A stretch of DNA of 64,000 nucleotides, taken from NCBI GenBank assembly GCA_965204735.1, contig OZ242008.1, forward strand, positions 1,952,001 to 2,016,000, read 5' to 3'. The DNA comes from Longimicrobiales bacterium (GTDB taxonomy: Bacteria > Gemmatimonadota > Gemmatimonadetes > Longimicrobiales > Gaopeijiaceae). The translations under genes and the position numbers were made by a program. Below the pieces are notes generated by a model. That model was not told the DNA's origin. It saw nothing but the letters and a program-made list of their open reading frames with translations, and ran no database searches. The stretch's first letter is position 1. Each line of letters starts with the position of its first letter. This document shows, piece by piece, positions 18,216 through 28,250 of this stretch.

Positions 18216-18865
18216 GATGAACTCTCCCCTGGTACGGGTGCCGCTCCCCCCAGGCGGGCAAGCAGACGGCGGGCCTCCGCATCTCGATCCTCCCACAAGT
18301 AATGCGGAACGTAATCTACAAAGCGAATCCGGCCTGCGCCGTCCACGCCGATCACCGCGGGAGTTCCCGTGACCTCCGCGACGGAACTGACGGTTCGCCA
18401 ACGGATGGTCGTATGCGGAATGTCGGAAAAGACCTCGTCAGCCCTTCTCATTACTATCGCCGGCATCTGCGGCGGTGGAGTGTCGGTCAGTCCGGGGACA
18501 GGGGCTGGACCGTCGGTCACCACCAGTCCGAGGACAGAGACTCCGCCGCGCTGAACTCGCCGGGCAACGTCCACGACAGCTCTCATGGTCTGGTTACACT
18601 CCATCGCAAAGAAGACCACGATCAAGCCGCCGCCTCCTTCGCTTACCTCCTGCACATGGCCCTGGAGCTTGGCAGCTTCCCTCCCGTCGATCCAGTAGCT
18701 CAGCGTGAACAGCGCACAGGCAACAGTCAACGCACCGGCGTACCAGCAAGACTTCGTTCGACTCCAGATCAACGACGCCGTCGCGGCTGCCATCTCGATT
18801 CCGCGCCTCACAACTCCAATGCCCTTGGCGCGGGTGCGACAGGGCGTTGAAGCGGAGAAGCTCAC
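18212..18865 (-). CDS. Membrane-anchored thioredoxin-fold-like protein (CxxT), copy 2
   Basis: TM segment, then LIVVFFAMECNQT and GTPAVIGVDGAGRIRF; paralog of 20141-20695; alternative start ATG 18793. Confidence 0.65.
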   Translation of the reverse strand: MSFSASTPCRTRAKGIGVVRRGIEMAAATASLIWSRTKSCWYAGALTVACALFTLSYWIDGREAAKLQGHVQEVSEGGGGLIVVFFAMECNQTMRAVVDVARRVQRGGVSVLGLVVTDGPAPVPGLTDTPPPQMPAIVMRRADEVFSDIPHTTIRWRTVSSVAEVTGTPAVIGVDGAGRIRFVDYVPHYLWEDRDAEARRLLARLGGAAPVPGESSS

Positions 18866-19083
18866 GGCATCTCCTCATAGTGCATTTCCGCTATGGTGCG
18901 ATACTCTCCTGCGTCCTTGTCGTATCGTGATACGGCCCGACACATGTTCCCCTTGCGTGCCGAACACGACCGCCGCTGGTCCGCGCATCCGGGCGAGATG
19001 CTGGTCTGAATGGCATAGCCGGAGACCGCCAAGAACGCCGTTGCCAGCAGTAGCGCAGCCATCAGCCTGGCTCTCCGCATCAC
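18862..19083 (-). CDS. Secreted 3-Cys peptide, copy 1 (73 aa)
   Basis: Signal peptide ending SGYA, C-x6-C-x7-C core, GTGA overlaps at both ends. Confidence 0.8.
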   Translation of the reverse strand: MMRRARLMAALLLATAFLAVSGYAIQTSISPGCADQRRSCSARKGNMCRAVSRYDKDAGEYRTIAEMHYEEMP

Positions 19084-20144
19084 GGTGGAACGAGCCGCGG
19101 CACGAGTGCGCTGACGGTCGGAAGCAAGCCTTCGACATCAACGACGAAAACGGTGTCCCCTGCCATAGCAAACGATGCTGTTCTCCCAGGCAACGAACGG
19201 CTCTCCACGTAGACGCCGCTCGGCAGCGAGTACAAGTCCAGTACTCGTGGTCCGTCGGACGCGCTGGCCAGCACGAACAACGTGTCCCCCAGCGTGTCTG
19301 CATCGTGCGCGGCGTTCCGGCGAGTCGGGTCGACAAACCTGATGCTCTTCGTCCCGGCGGATTCCCGCACCGCTACTTCGTGAAAGTCCGTGTGCTCCAC
19401 GTAAGGATGCGGCCTCACGGAATCGCCAGTCGCCACAAAGAAGCCGTTGCCGGTCTTGAATCCGAGGCCCCACAGATCGCCGCGGCCTGCAAACAAGGCC
19501 ATGTCCAACTGAATCCACTCGAAGTTCTTGAACCCGGACCACTCGGGCGTAACGGGTGTTCGGTTCTCGCCGTCTCGAGAGACGTGCAGCAGGTTGATCC
19601 CGTCCATGCCGAAAGTTGACGCTACGTATCCGCTTCCGTCCGAGAGAGCGACCATGTCCTCCGTCGTCAACACGTTGCCCGCGAACGGCTGCTCGCGCAA
19701 CAGAACGCCATCGGACGACAGCCAAACCATCCGGCGATTGCCGGAGTCCACGAGGACCGGCCCGTTGGTGTTCACGTCCACGGCCATCGCACGGGCGTTA
19801 CCAAGCTCCTCGGGCCCTTGCCCCGACTTGCCCCACGACCACGCAAGGCGACCTGCCGCGATCCGCAGTACTCGGTCCGCACCGAGGTCCAGAAGGTACA
19901 CGCCCCCGTCCGGCGCGACTGCCATTCTCGCAGGCGTGTCCAGCAAAGTGTCCCCAGCACCTCCGAAGCTCCAAGCGGTGTCGTAGGCGACGGCATGCAC
20001 GATGCGGGCGCCTTGGCCTTCCGTGAACAGCGGTGTCGCTTCGCCTGCCGGGGCGACTCGCTCAGCGGAAGTACGTTCCTCCTCGTGGCCGCCGCCGCAT
20101 CCGACAACCAATGCGGCGACGACGGCAAGCCCGCATCGCGTCAC
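19080..20144 (-). CDS. Beta-propeller lipoprotein (6-bladed/TolB-like family)
   Basis: Lipobox VVGC; WGKSGQGPEELG; long identical blocks shared with 10538-11701 (YDTAWSFGG, LVDSGNRR, VWLSSDG, REQPFAG, DGSGYVAS). Confidence 0.78.
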   Translation of the reverse strand: MTRCGLAVVAALVVGCGGGHEEERTSAERVAPAGEATPLFTEGQGARIVHAVAYDTAWSFGGAGDTLLDTPARMAVAPDGGVYLLDLGADRVLRIAAGRLAWSWGKSGQGPEELGNARAMAVDVNTNGPVLVDSGNRRMVWLSSDGVLLREQPFAGNVLTTEDMVALSDGSGYVASTFGMDGINLLHVSRDGENRTPVTPEWSGFKNFEWIQLDMALFAGRGDLWGLGFKTGNGFFVATGDSVRPHPYVEHTDFHEVAVRESAGTKSIRFVDPTRRNAAHDADTLGDTLFVLASASDGPRVLDLYSLPSGVYVESRSLPGRTASFAMAGDTVFVVDVEGLLPTVSALVPRLVPP

Positions 20145-20695
20145 CCTGAGCCTCCCAGCCGTGTGACCAAGCGATGAGCCTCCGCCTCGGCGTCACCCTC
20201 CAGGAGCTGCGAAAGATGGTCGACAAAGAGAATTCGGCCCATGCTGTTCACGCCGATCAGGGCCGGGGTTCCCGCGACCTCGGCAACGGCGCGGACGGTT
20301 CGCCACCGAACGGTCTGTTGAGGGATGTGGGGAAAGCTACTTGCAGCAACCTCCAGCACCGTCGACAACGTGCTTGGCGCCAATCCGTCGGTGATCACCA
20401 AGCCGCGGACGGAAATGTCGGCGGCCTGGACTCGCCGGGCGATGTCGTCGATGGCGGTCATGGTCTGACTGCACTCCAGCGCGAAAGAAACGACCAGCAG
20501 ACCGCCACCGAGATGAGCCAGATCTTGCAGGAGGCCCTGGAACTCGGACGCCTCCTTCTGGTTGGTCCCGTGGCTCAGGGTGAACAAGGCGCAGGCGATG
20601 GTCAGAGCACCGGCGTACCAGTGACGCTTGGCCTGGGTCCATGCCACGAGCGTCGCCCGCGACATCCCGGCAACCCACCTAGCTGTGTCGGTCAT
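20141..20695 (-). CDS. Membrane-anchored thioredoxin-fold-like protein (CxxT), copy 1
   Basis: TM segment, LLVVSFALECSQT and GTPALIGVNSMGRILF; AGGGG RBS. Confidence 0.65.
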   Translation of the reverse strand: MTDTARWVAGMSRATLVAWTQAKRHWYAGALTIACALFTLSHGTNQKEASEFQGLLQDLAHLGGGLLVVSFALECSQTMTAIDDIARRVQAADISVRGLVITDGLAPSTLSTVLEVAASSFPHIPQQTVRWRTVRAVAEVAGTPALIGVNSMGRILFVDHLSQLLEGDAEAEAHRLVTRLGGSG

Positions 20696-20727
20696 GGCAA
20701 TCCCCTGGTCGATTCAGCAGATCGGCG

Positions 20728-20742
20728 TTGGAATCATTCCAA
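20728..20742. promoter_or_regulatory. Perfect 7-1-7 palindrome, candidate transcription-factor operator
   Basis: TTGGAAT-C-ATTCCAA, AT-rich, about 33 bp upstream of the first gene of the peptide cassette. Confidence 0.45.
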
Positions 20743-20793
20743 GGTGCGCGCGCGGGATCGCGAAGCGCAAGGGCTCTCCCGGCAACGAGCTGA

Positions 20794-21807
20794 TCAAGAC
20801 CAGGGCGCCGCCTTGGCGCGTGTTCCGGACCCGACCAGCTCGGTCAGCAGCGCCGGGGCAAGGTTGCCGCCCGAGACGACCACGGCCGCACGGCCCCGGG
20901 GCTCGTGGCCCGACCAGAGCGCGGCCAACGCCACTGCCCCGCCCCCCTCGACCACCAGACGGCGCTCCCGGAACGCCCGGGCCACGGCCCTCCGGACCAC
21001 GTCCTCCGAGACCACGACGTGCTCGTCCACCACCTCCCGGACGATCTCGAAGGAGTAGCGGTTCTCCATGCCGATGCCGCCGGAGAGCGCCGATGCGATC
21101 GTCTTCTCCTCCGCCATCTGGACAGGCCGGCCCTCCAGCAGGCTGCGGTGCATGACGGATGCGCGCTCGGCGGAGACGGCCACCACCCGGACGCCGCGCT
21201 CCTTGACGGCCAAGCCGACGCCGGCCACGAGCCCGCCGCCGGAGAGGGGCACGACCACTTCCTCCAGGCCCGCAAGCTGGTCCAGAAGCTCGACCCCCAC
21301 GGTCCCCTGCCCCTCGATGACGTCCAGGTCGTCGAACGGGTGCACCGGAGCCAGTCCTTCGTCGTCCGCGAGCGCGACGGCACGGGCTTCGGCGTCGTCG
21401 TAGGTGGGGCCGGCCAGGACGACGCGCGCCCGTGCGGCGCGGATGGCGCGCAACTTGAGCGGGTCCACCCAGTCGGGCACGCACACCGTCGCCTGGACGC
21501 CCAGCAGCCGACTCGCCTCTGCCACCGCCCGGGCGTGGTTGCCCGACGAAGCGGCGACGACGCCCCGAGCCCGCTCCTCCGGCGAGAGCTTGGCCAGGCG
21601 GTTGGCCGCGCCCCGCATCTTGAAGGAGCCGGTGCGCTGGAGCGACTCCAGCTTGAGGAACACGGAGCCGGGAGGCGCGCCTGCTACGCGGTCGGCGTCG
21701 GCGCCGTTGAGCGGAATCGCCGGGGTCGGCCACGCCAGCGGCCGCACGCGACGGCAGGCGCCCCGGAAGTCGAGGGGCCGGCGGGACGCCCCGGACCCGG
21801 CGATCAG
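20794..21807 (-). CDS. PLP-dependent threonine/serine dehydratase family protein (EutB-like)
   Basis: KLESLQRTGSFKMRG, ASSGNH, HPFDD, GQGT, SGGGL, SGGN; start uncertain (CTG 21807 or GTG 21747). Confidence 0.85.
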   Translation of the reverse strand: MIAGSGASRRPLDFRGACRRVRPLAWPTPAIPLNGADADRVAGAPPGSVFLKLESLQRTGSFKMRGAANRLAKLSPEERARGVVAASSGNHARAVAEASRLLGVQATVCVPDWVDPLKLRAIRAARARVVLAGPTYDDAEARAVALADDEGLAPVHPFDDLDVIEGQGTVGVELLDQLAGLEEVVVPLSGGGLVAGVGLAVKERGVRVVAVSAERASVMHRSLLEGRPVQMAEEKTIASALSGGIGMENRYSFEIVREVVDEHVVVSEDVVRRAVARAFRERRLVVEGGGAVALAALWSGHEPRGRAAVVVSGGNLAPALLTELVGSGTRAKAAPWS

Positions 21808-23702
21808 GAAATGATCCGCTGGCCCTCGACCAGCTTCACGATCCACAGGCCCGAGTTCAGGTCCGACGTGAAGACGTTCCCCTTGTGGACCTGGGCGCCC
21901 CACGTCATGCCCCAGTTGGGGACGGTGGATTCGGCGTCGGTGGTCTTGAGGACGGCGACCTCCCTGCCCTGGCGGTAGAGGTCGCCCCGCAGCTCGCCGG
22001 AGATGTCCACGACCCGCAGTCCGGCCTGGTAGTAGCCCACGTACAACCGGTCGCCCTCTACCCAGATGTTGTGGGCGCCGGCCTCGGGCACTTCGTAGCG
22101 CGCCACCTCCACCGGGTTCTCCGGGTCCTCCATGTCGAGGACGTGGACGTAGCCCCGGGCCTCGATGGGGGCGTCGGCGTCCCACTGCTGGGGGAAGATC
22201 TCGTCGCCCACGAAGAGGTAGCGCCCGGCCCGCCAGGCGGTGTGCGTGTTGCCCGCCGGGTACTTGTAGCGGGACACGAAGGCCGGCTCGGTGGGGGTGC
22301 CGCCGTGAGTGCCGGCGCCCACGTCCAGCATGACGGCCCCGTCGTCCCAGTACGACAGGTAGGCGTAGCCGTCCTGAACGATCACGTCGTGGAGGGACTT
22401 GGAGGGAGAGTCGGGCAAGCCCCAGCGCCCCACTTCGTCGGGGGCCGCGGGATCGGAGACGTCGATGATGTGGATGTCGCTCGTCCCGTTGTGGACGGCG
22501 TACACCAGGTCGCCCTCGATCCAGACGTTGTGGACGCCCCCGGGGACGGTGCGCTTGTACTCGGAGACGATCGAGGGGCGGGCCGGCTCCGAGAGGTCGA
22601 GGACGACGATCCCGTTGCGGCGGTCCGAAGCCCCTTCCCGCGTGAGGACGCCGATGCGGGCGCCGTCCTGAATCTTCACGTCGTTGATCCGGCGGGCGTC
22701 GAGCTGCACCGAGTCGGTGAGGACGGGGGACGACGGGTCGGTCACGTCCCAAGCCTTCATCCAATCGTGCATGAAGGTTCCCACGTAGGCGTAGTCGCGC
22801 CCGTCGGCGCCCTCGAAGACCCAGGTGTCGCCGGAGTGGTGGTCGGCGGCGGCGCCCCGGCCGACCTTCACCAGCTCGGCTTCGTCGATGCGCGCCGCCA
22901 CCCGCACGAACGCGCTGACGGCCCGGTCCTCGCCCACCAGCGCCGTGACCCGGTAGGCGCCCGGCTCCTCGGCGACGAAGACGCCTTCGGCGCCGTCGGC
23001 CTCGATCTGCGCGCCGACGCCGTCCACGCTCCACGCCGGGTAGAGGGTCGGCGCCCCGGACGCCCGCGCCTGCAAGCGCACCACGTCGCCGGTGCGGACC
23101 TGGGCGTCGTCGGGCGAGACCGCCACCGCGCCCACCGCGCCGTCGCGCACCTGCACCGGCACCACGGCCCGGGCCCGCCCCGCGACCACGGCGACCTCGG
23201 CCCGGCCCGGCGCCCGCGCGTGCACCCGCCCGGCCGCGTCCACGCCCGCCACACGGTCGTCGCTGGAGGCGAACGTCGGGGCGGCGCCGTCCACCACCTC
23301 GCCGGCCGCGTCCATCGCCACGACCCGAATCGGCGCGCTCGTCCCCGCCAGCAGCGCGTCCACCGGCAGCGAGGCCTCGATCCGGGCCACGGGGAGGGCC
23401 TCCACCACGACGACGGCGAACGCCATCACGTTCCCTGCCCGGACGCCGACCCGGGCCTCGCCGGGCGAGACGCCCGTGACCTGCCCCGCCTGGTCCACGC
23501 CGGCGACCTCGGGCTCGGGCGCGAACCACGTCAATGCCGCGCCGTCGATGGCGGAGCCGTCGGCCGCGATCGCCGTGGCCGCCAGGGAGGCGGTCCCTCC
23601 GACCTGCAGAGCGACCCGCCCCGGCGCGACGTCGATGCGGGCGGGCGCCGCCTGCGGGAGCTGGAGCGCGGCTGCGAGGAGGAAGGCGGTGGAAGCGGTC
23701 AT
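21804..23702 (-). CDS. Exported Ig-like domain plus LVIVD-repeat protein
   Basis: Signal peptide, tandem Ig-like repeats, then repeated (I/V)xD(V/L)SxP blades with His-containing motifs. Confidence 0.78.
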   Translation of the reverse strand: MTASTAFLLAAALQLPQAAPARIDVAPGRVALQVGGTASLAATAIAADGSAIDGAALTWFAPEPEVAGVDQAGQVTGVSPGEARVGVRAGNVMAFAVVVVEALPVARIEASLPVDALLAGTSAPIRVVAMDAAGEVVDGAAPTFASSDDRVAGVDAAGRVHARAPGRAEVAVVAGRARAVVPVQVRDGAVGAVAVSPDDAQVRTGDVVRLQARASGAPTLYPAWSVDGVGAQIEADGAEGVFVAEEPGAYRVTALVGEDRAVSAFVRVAARIDEAELVKVGRGAAADHHSGDTWVFEGADGRDYAYVGTFMHDWMKAWDVTDPSSPVLTDSVQLDARRINDVKIQDGARIGVLTREGASDRRNGIVVLDLSEPARPSIVSEYKRTVPGGVHNVWIEGDLVYAVHNGTSDIHIIDVSDPAAPDEVGRWGLPDSPSKSLHDVIVQDGYAYLSYWDDGAVMLDVGAGTHGGTPTEPAFVSRYKYPAGNTHTAWRAGRYLFVGDEIFPQQWDADAPIEARGYVHVLDMEDPENPVEVARYEVPEAGAHNIWVEGDRLYVGYYQAGLRVVDISGELRGDLYRQGREVAVLKTTDAESTVPNWGMTWGAQVHKGNVFTSDLNSGLWIVKLVEGQRIIS

Positions 23703-23781
23703 CTGGCCGGACCTCTCTGGTGCGGAGTGCTGTGCGTGGCGTGGCGAATCGTCGCGCCCGTGTCGCGCCGGTCGCCTGGAC

Positions 23782-24432
23782 CTAAACCGACTTCAGCTGC
23801 GGGCGCTTCTCCAGTTCCGGGAAGCGATAGACGACGACGCCCGAGCCCGGCGCGTTGTCCACGTCCACGTAGCCCTTGTGGGACATCTCGGTCAACGTGC
23901 TCTCGACCTCGTCGAACCCCTTGCCCGTGGCCATGACTCCCTGGGTGACGGTGAGCTCGCCCCCGTTCTGGAGCGCGGCGTGGAGAAGCTGCTGCTGAAG
24001 GTCCATCGGCGGCAGCCCCTTGGCGTCCGGCTTTCCCGGCTTGAGGTGGACGTCGGAGAGCCGAGCCGCTTGACGGGGATGCGGGATGCGCCCGTCCCGG
24101 ATGTTGGCGTTCTTCACCAGGGACTTCATCCGGAAGAGATCGACGACCTGTCCGATCCCCAGGAGTCCGAAGGTCACCAGATAGAGGACTCCGGTGCCGA
24201 TCTTGCCCATGTAGAAGCGGTGAATCCCGCAGGCGCCCGCAAGGCCGGCGCACCAGAGGCCGTACGACAGGCCGGTGGAGTACGGGGCTTGGTCCGGGTC
24301 CGCCGCTACGCCCCGGTTCGCCAAGCCGCCGGACCCGGGCACTGCGCCGGACGGCAAGTTCACCGTCACGTTCACCGGCGCCACGGGGACGGCTCCGTGT
24401 CCCGAACCGCGCCCCTCGCTTCGCTCGCTCAT
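23782..24432 (-). CDS. TM2-domain membrane protein with a C-terminal winged-helix-like region
   Basis: GIHRFYMGKIGTGVLYLVTFGLLGIGQVVDL TM2 motif. Confidence 0.82.
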   Translation of the reverse strand: MSERSEGRGSGHGAVPVAPVNVTVNLPSGAVPGSGGLANRGVAADPDQAPYSTGLSYGLWCAGLAGACGIHRFYMGKIGTGVLYLVTFGLLGIGQVVDLFRMKSLVKNANIRDGRIPHPRQAARLSDVHLKPGKPDAKGLPPMDLQQQLLHAALQNGGELTVTQGVMATGKGFDEVESTLTEMSHKGYVDVDNAPGSGVVVYRFPELEKRPQLKSV

Positions 24433-24573
24433 CCGTCGTCCCTTCCTGTGCCCGGTGAATTCGACTACCAATCTGGCCACGCCTTCCCAGTACGGGCAAG
24501 ACCGCAGACCGCTTCTCGGGCCCCCATGGACGGGTTGAACTCGAACTCTCGACCGACGACCTTACCGAACAAG

Positions 24574-25897
<1,324 letters not shown>

Positions 25898-25901
<4 letters not shown>

Positions 25902-26644
25902 AGCTTCAGGTCCCAGCTCCGCACCTCGTCGAGGCGGGGGTAGCTGGTCAGGTCCAGGTGGAGCGGCGTCACCGAGACGTACCCCTCCTCGACGGCCCGG
26001 TAGTCGCAGTCGGGACCGCCCTGCCAGCTGGTGATCCCGCCGCCGATCCAGTAGTACTCTCGGCCCGACGGATCGAGGTCGCGGGTAAGCTCGCCCGAGT
26101 AGCGGCGCCGTCCGAGGGTGGTCACCCTCACTCCCCGAACCTCCGACGGCATCCTGGAGGGCAGGTTCACGTTGAGCAGCTCGTGCTCGGGGATTCCCTG
26201 GGCCGCGATCTGGCCCAGCAGGCGCGACACCACCGGCTGCCACCCTTCCAGCTCCTCGACGTTCCTGCCCACGTAGGAGACGGCCACGGCGGGGATGCCC
26301 ATGATCGTCGCCTCCATCGCCGCCGCCACGGTGCCGGAGTAGAGCACGTCCTCGCCCAGGTTGGCGCCGTTGTTGATCCCCGAGACGCACAGGTCGGGGC
26401 GCTCGTCCAGCAGTCCGTTCACCGCAAGGATCACGCAGTCCGTGGGCGTGCCGTCCACGATCGTGGTTCCGTCGGGCGCGCGTCGCTTCCGCAGGGGGTT
26501 GTGCAGGGTGAGGGCGTTGCTCGAGGCGCTGCGCTCCCGGTCCGGCGCCACCACGTCCACCGAGCCGATCGCATGGGCGGCCTCGGCCAGGATCCTGATC
26601 CCGGGGGAGAGGTAGCCGTCGTCGTTGGTGCAGAGGATGCGCAC
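25898..26644 (-). CDS. surE: 5'/3'-nucleotidase SurE
   Basis: TNDDG, GTPTDCV, SGINNGANLG, YSGTVAAA. Confidence 0.95.
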
Positions 26645-26661
26645 TCGGGGCTCTCGACTCC

Positions 26662-27159
26662 TCAGTCCGGCTCGGAGGGGCTCTCGGCCGACGGGGGGGC
26701 GTCGGCGGCCGGCCTGCTGCCGGCAGGCGACCGGCGGTCTCCGGCCGACGAAGGGGCGGTGGCGGGAGAAGCGGCCGCCCTGACCGCCGCGGGGTCGCCG
26801 TCGGAGAGGGTCAGCACGTCCTGGACCGCCTCCAGCCCGTCCTTGATCGCCGCCAGCAAGGCGGGCCCCACGTTCTGCTTCTGGGCTTCGGCGACCTTTC
26901 CCTCCTGCCGCATCTCCTTCAGCTTCTGCCGGGCGCCCTGGATCGTGAACCGCCGCTCGTAGAGGAGCTGCTTCACGAGGAGGATGCGCTCGATCTCCTC
27001 GGCTTGGTAGACGCGAGTTCCTCCCCGGTTCTTGCTGGGCGAGATCACGTCGAACTGGGTCTCCCAGTAGCGCAGCACGTGGGCCTTCAGGCCGGTGAGC
27101 TCGCTGACCTCCGACACGGAGTAGTACGTCTTCTTGGCGATCGGTTCCAAGGGACTCAC
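26662..27159 (-). CDS. MerR-family transcriptional regulator
   Basis: YYSVSEVSEL…HVLRYWETQF…LLYERRFTIQGA; GTGA overlap with gpsA. Confidence 0.85.
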   Translation of the reverse strand: MSPLEPIAKKTYYSVSEVSELTGLKAHVLRYWETQFDVISPSKNRGGTRVYQAEEIERILLVKQLLYERRFTIQGARQKLKEMRQEGKVAEAQKQNVGPALLAAIKDGLEAVQDVLTLSDGDPAAVRAAASPATAPSSAGDRRSPAGSRPAADAPPSAESPSEPD

Positions 27160-28250
27160 CTCCCCTGCGGTCGAGGGACGGAGGCCGCGAGGGCGACAGG
27201 CTCGTCCGCGACGGCGCCCGTCCACTTCTCCGCGGCGTCCAGAATCTCCGACTTGGGCTCGCGGGTCATCAGTCGGCCCAGCGCCTCGAGCCGGTCGGCG
27301 TCGTCCGCCACGATCCGGTGAACCTCTTCGGCGACGGGCATCTCGACCCCCGTTCGCTGCGCCAGACGGTGCACCGCGCGGACCGTCGCCACGCCCTCGG
27401 CCACGGTCCGCATCTTGGCCAGGACGGTCTCGATGGGCTCTCCCCGTCCCAGGCGGAAGCCGACGCTTCGGTTCCTGCTGAGCCCGCTGGTGCAGGTCAG
27501 CACCAAGTCGCCCAGCCCCGCGAGCCCGGCGAAGGTGGCCGGCTGCGCACCTGCCGCCACGCCCAGCCGAGTCATCTCGGCCAACCCCCGGGTGATCAGC
27601 GCGGCCACGGCGTTTTGCCCCAGCTCCAGCCCGGCAGCCACTCCGGCGGCCAGTGCCACCACGTTCTTGAGGGCGCCGCCCATCTCCACGCCCACCACGT
27701 CCGGGCTGGTGTAGACCCTGAAGCGCTCCGTCTGGAAGAGGCGCTGGACGGAGAGCCGGGCGCTCCGGCTTCGGCTGGCGACCACGACGGCGGTCGGCGC
27801 GCCCGTCGCGACCTCCCGAGCGAAGCTGGGACCCGACAGCACGCAAAGGCGGCGGTGCTGCTCCGCCGGGAGGGTCTCCTGGAAGATCTCGTCCATCCTT
27901 CGCAGCGTGGCCGCCTCGATCCCCTTGGACGCCGTCACCACCACGGCGTCCGCAGGCAACGAACGCGCCGCCTGCGCCAGCAGCGCGGCCGAGAACTGCA
28001 CCGGACACGCCCACACCACGACCCGGGCGCCCTCCAGCACGTCCGCCAGGCAGTTGCCGACGGCCAAGCGCTCCCGGTTCAGCGGGACGCCCTCCAGGTA
28101 CAGCGCGTTCTCGCGCCGCTCCGCGAACGAGGCGGCCACCTCCGGCTCCCGCGCCCAGAGCCTCACCTTCGCTCCGGACCCGGCCAGCAGGTTCGCCAGC
28201 GCCGTTCCCCACGCCCCTGCCCCTACGACGGCGACGCGCACCGGCGTCAC
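27156..28250 (-). CDS. gpsA: NAD(P)H-dependent glycerol-3-phosphate dehydrogenase
   Basis: GAGAWGTAL, SKGIE, SGPSFA, GGALKNV, GLGDLVLTC, SRN. Confidence 0.95.
   Translation of the reverse strand: MTPVRVAVVGAGAWGTALANLLAGSGAKVRLWAREPEVAASFAERRENALYLEGVPLNRERLAVGNCLADVLEGARVVVWACPVQFSAALLAQAARSLPADAVVVTASKGIEAATLRRMDEIFQETLPAEQHRRLCVLSGPSFAREVATGAPTAVVVASRSRSARLSVQRLFQTERFRVYTSPDVVGVEMGGALKNVVALAAGVAAGLELGQNAVAALITRGLAEMTRLGVAAGAQPATFAGLAGLGDLVLTCTSGLSRNRSVGFRLGRGEPIETVLAKMRTVAEGVATVRAVHRLAQRTGVEMPVAEEVHRIVADDADRLEALGRLMTREPKSEILDAAEKWTGAVADEPVALAASVPRPQGR

Noticed and set aside
17989..19084. Duplicated peptide genes as a diversity-generating retroelement TR/VR pair
   Set aside because: Differences are not confined to adenines and include an indel, and no reverse transcriptase is present in the window.
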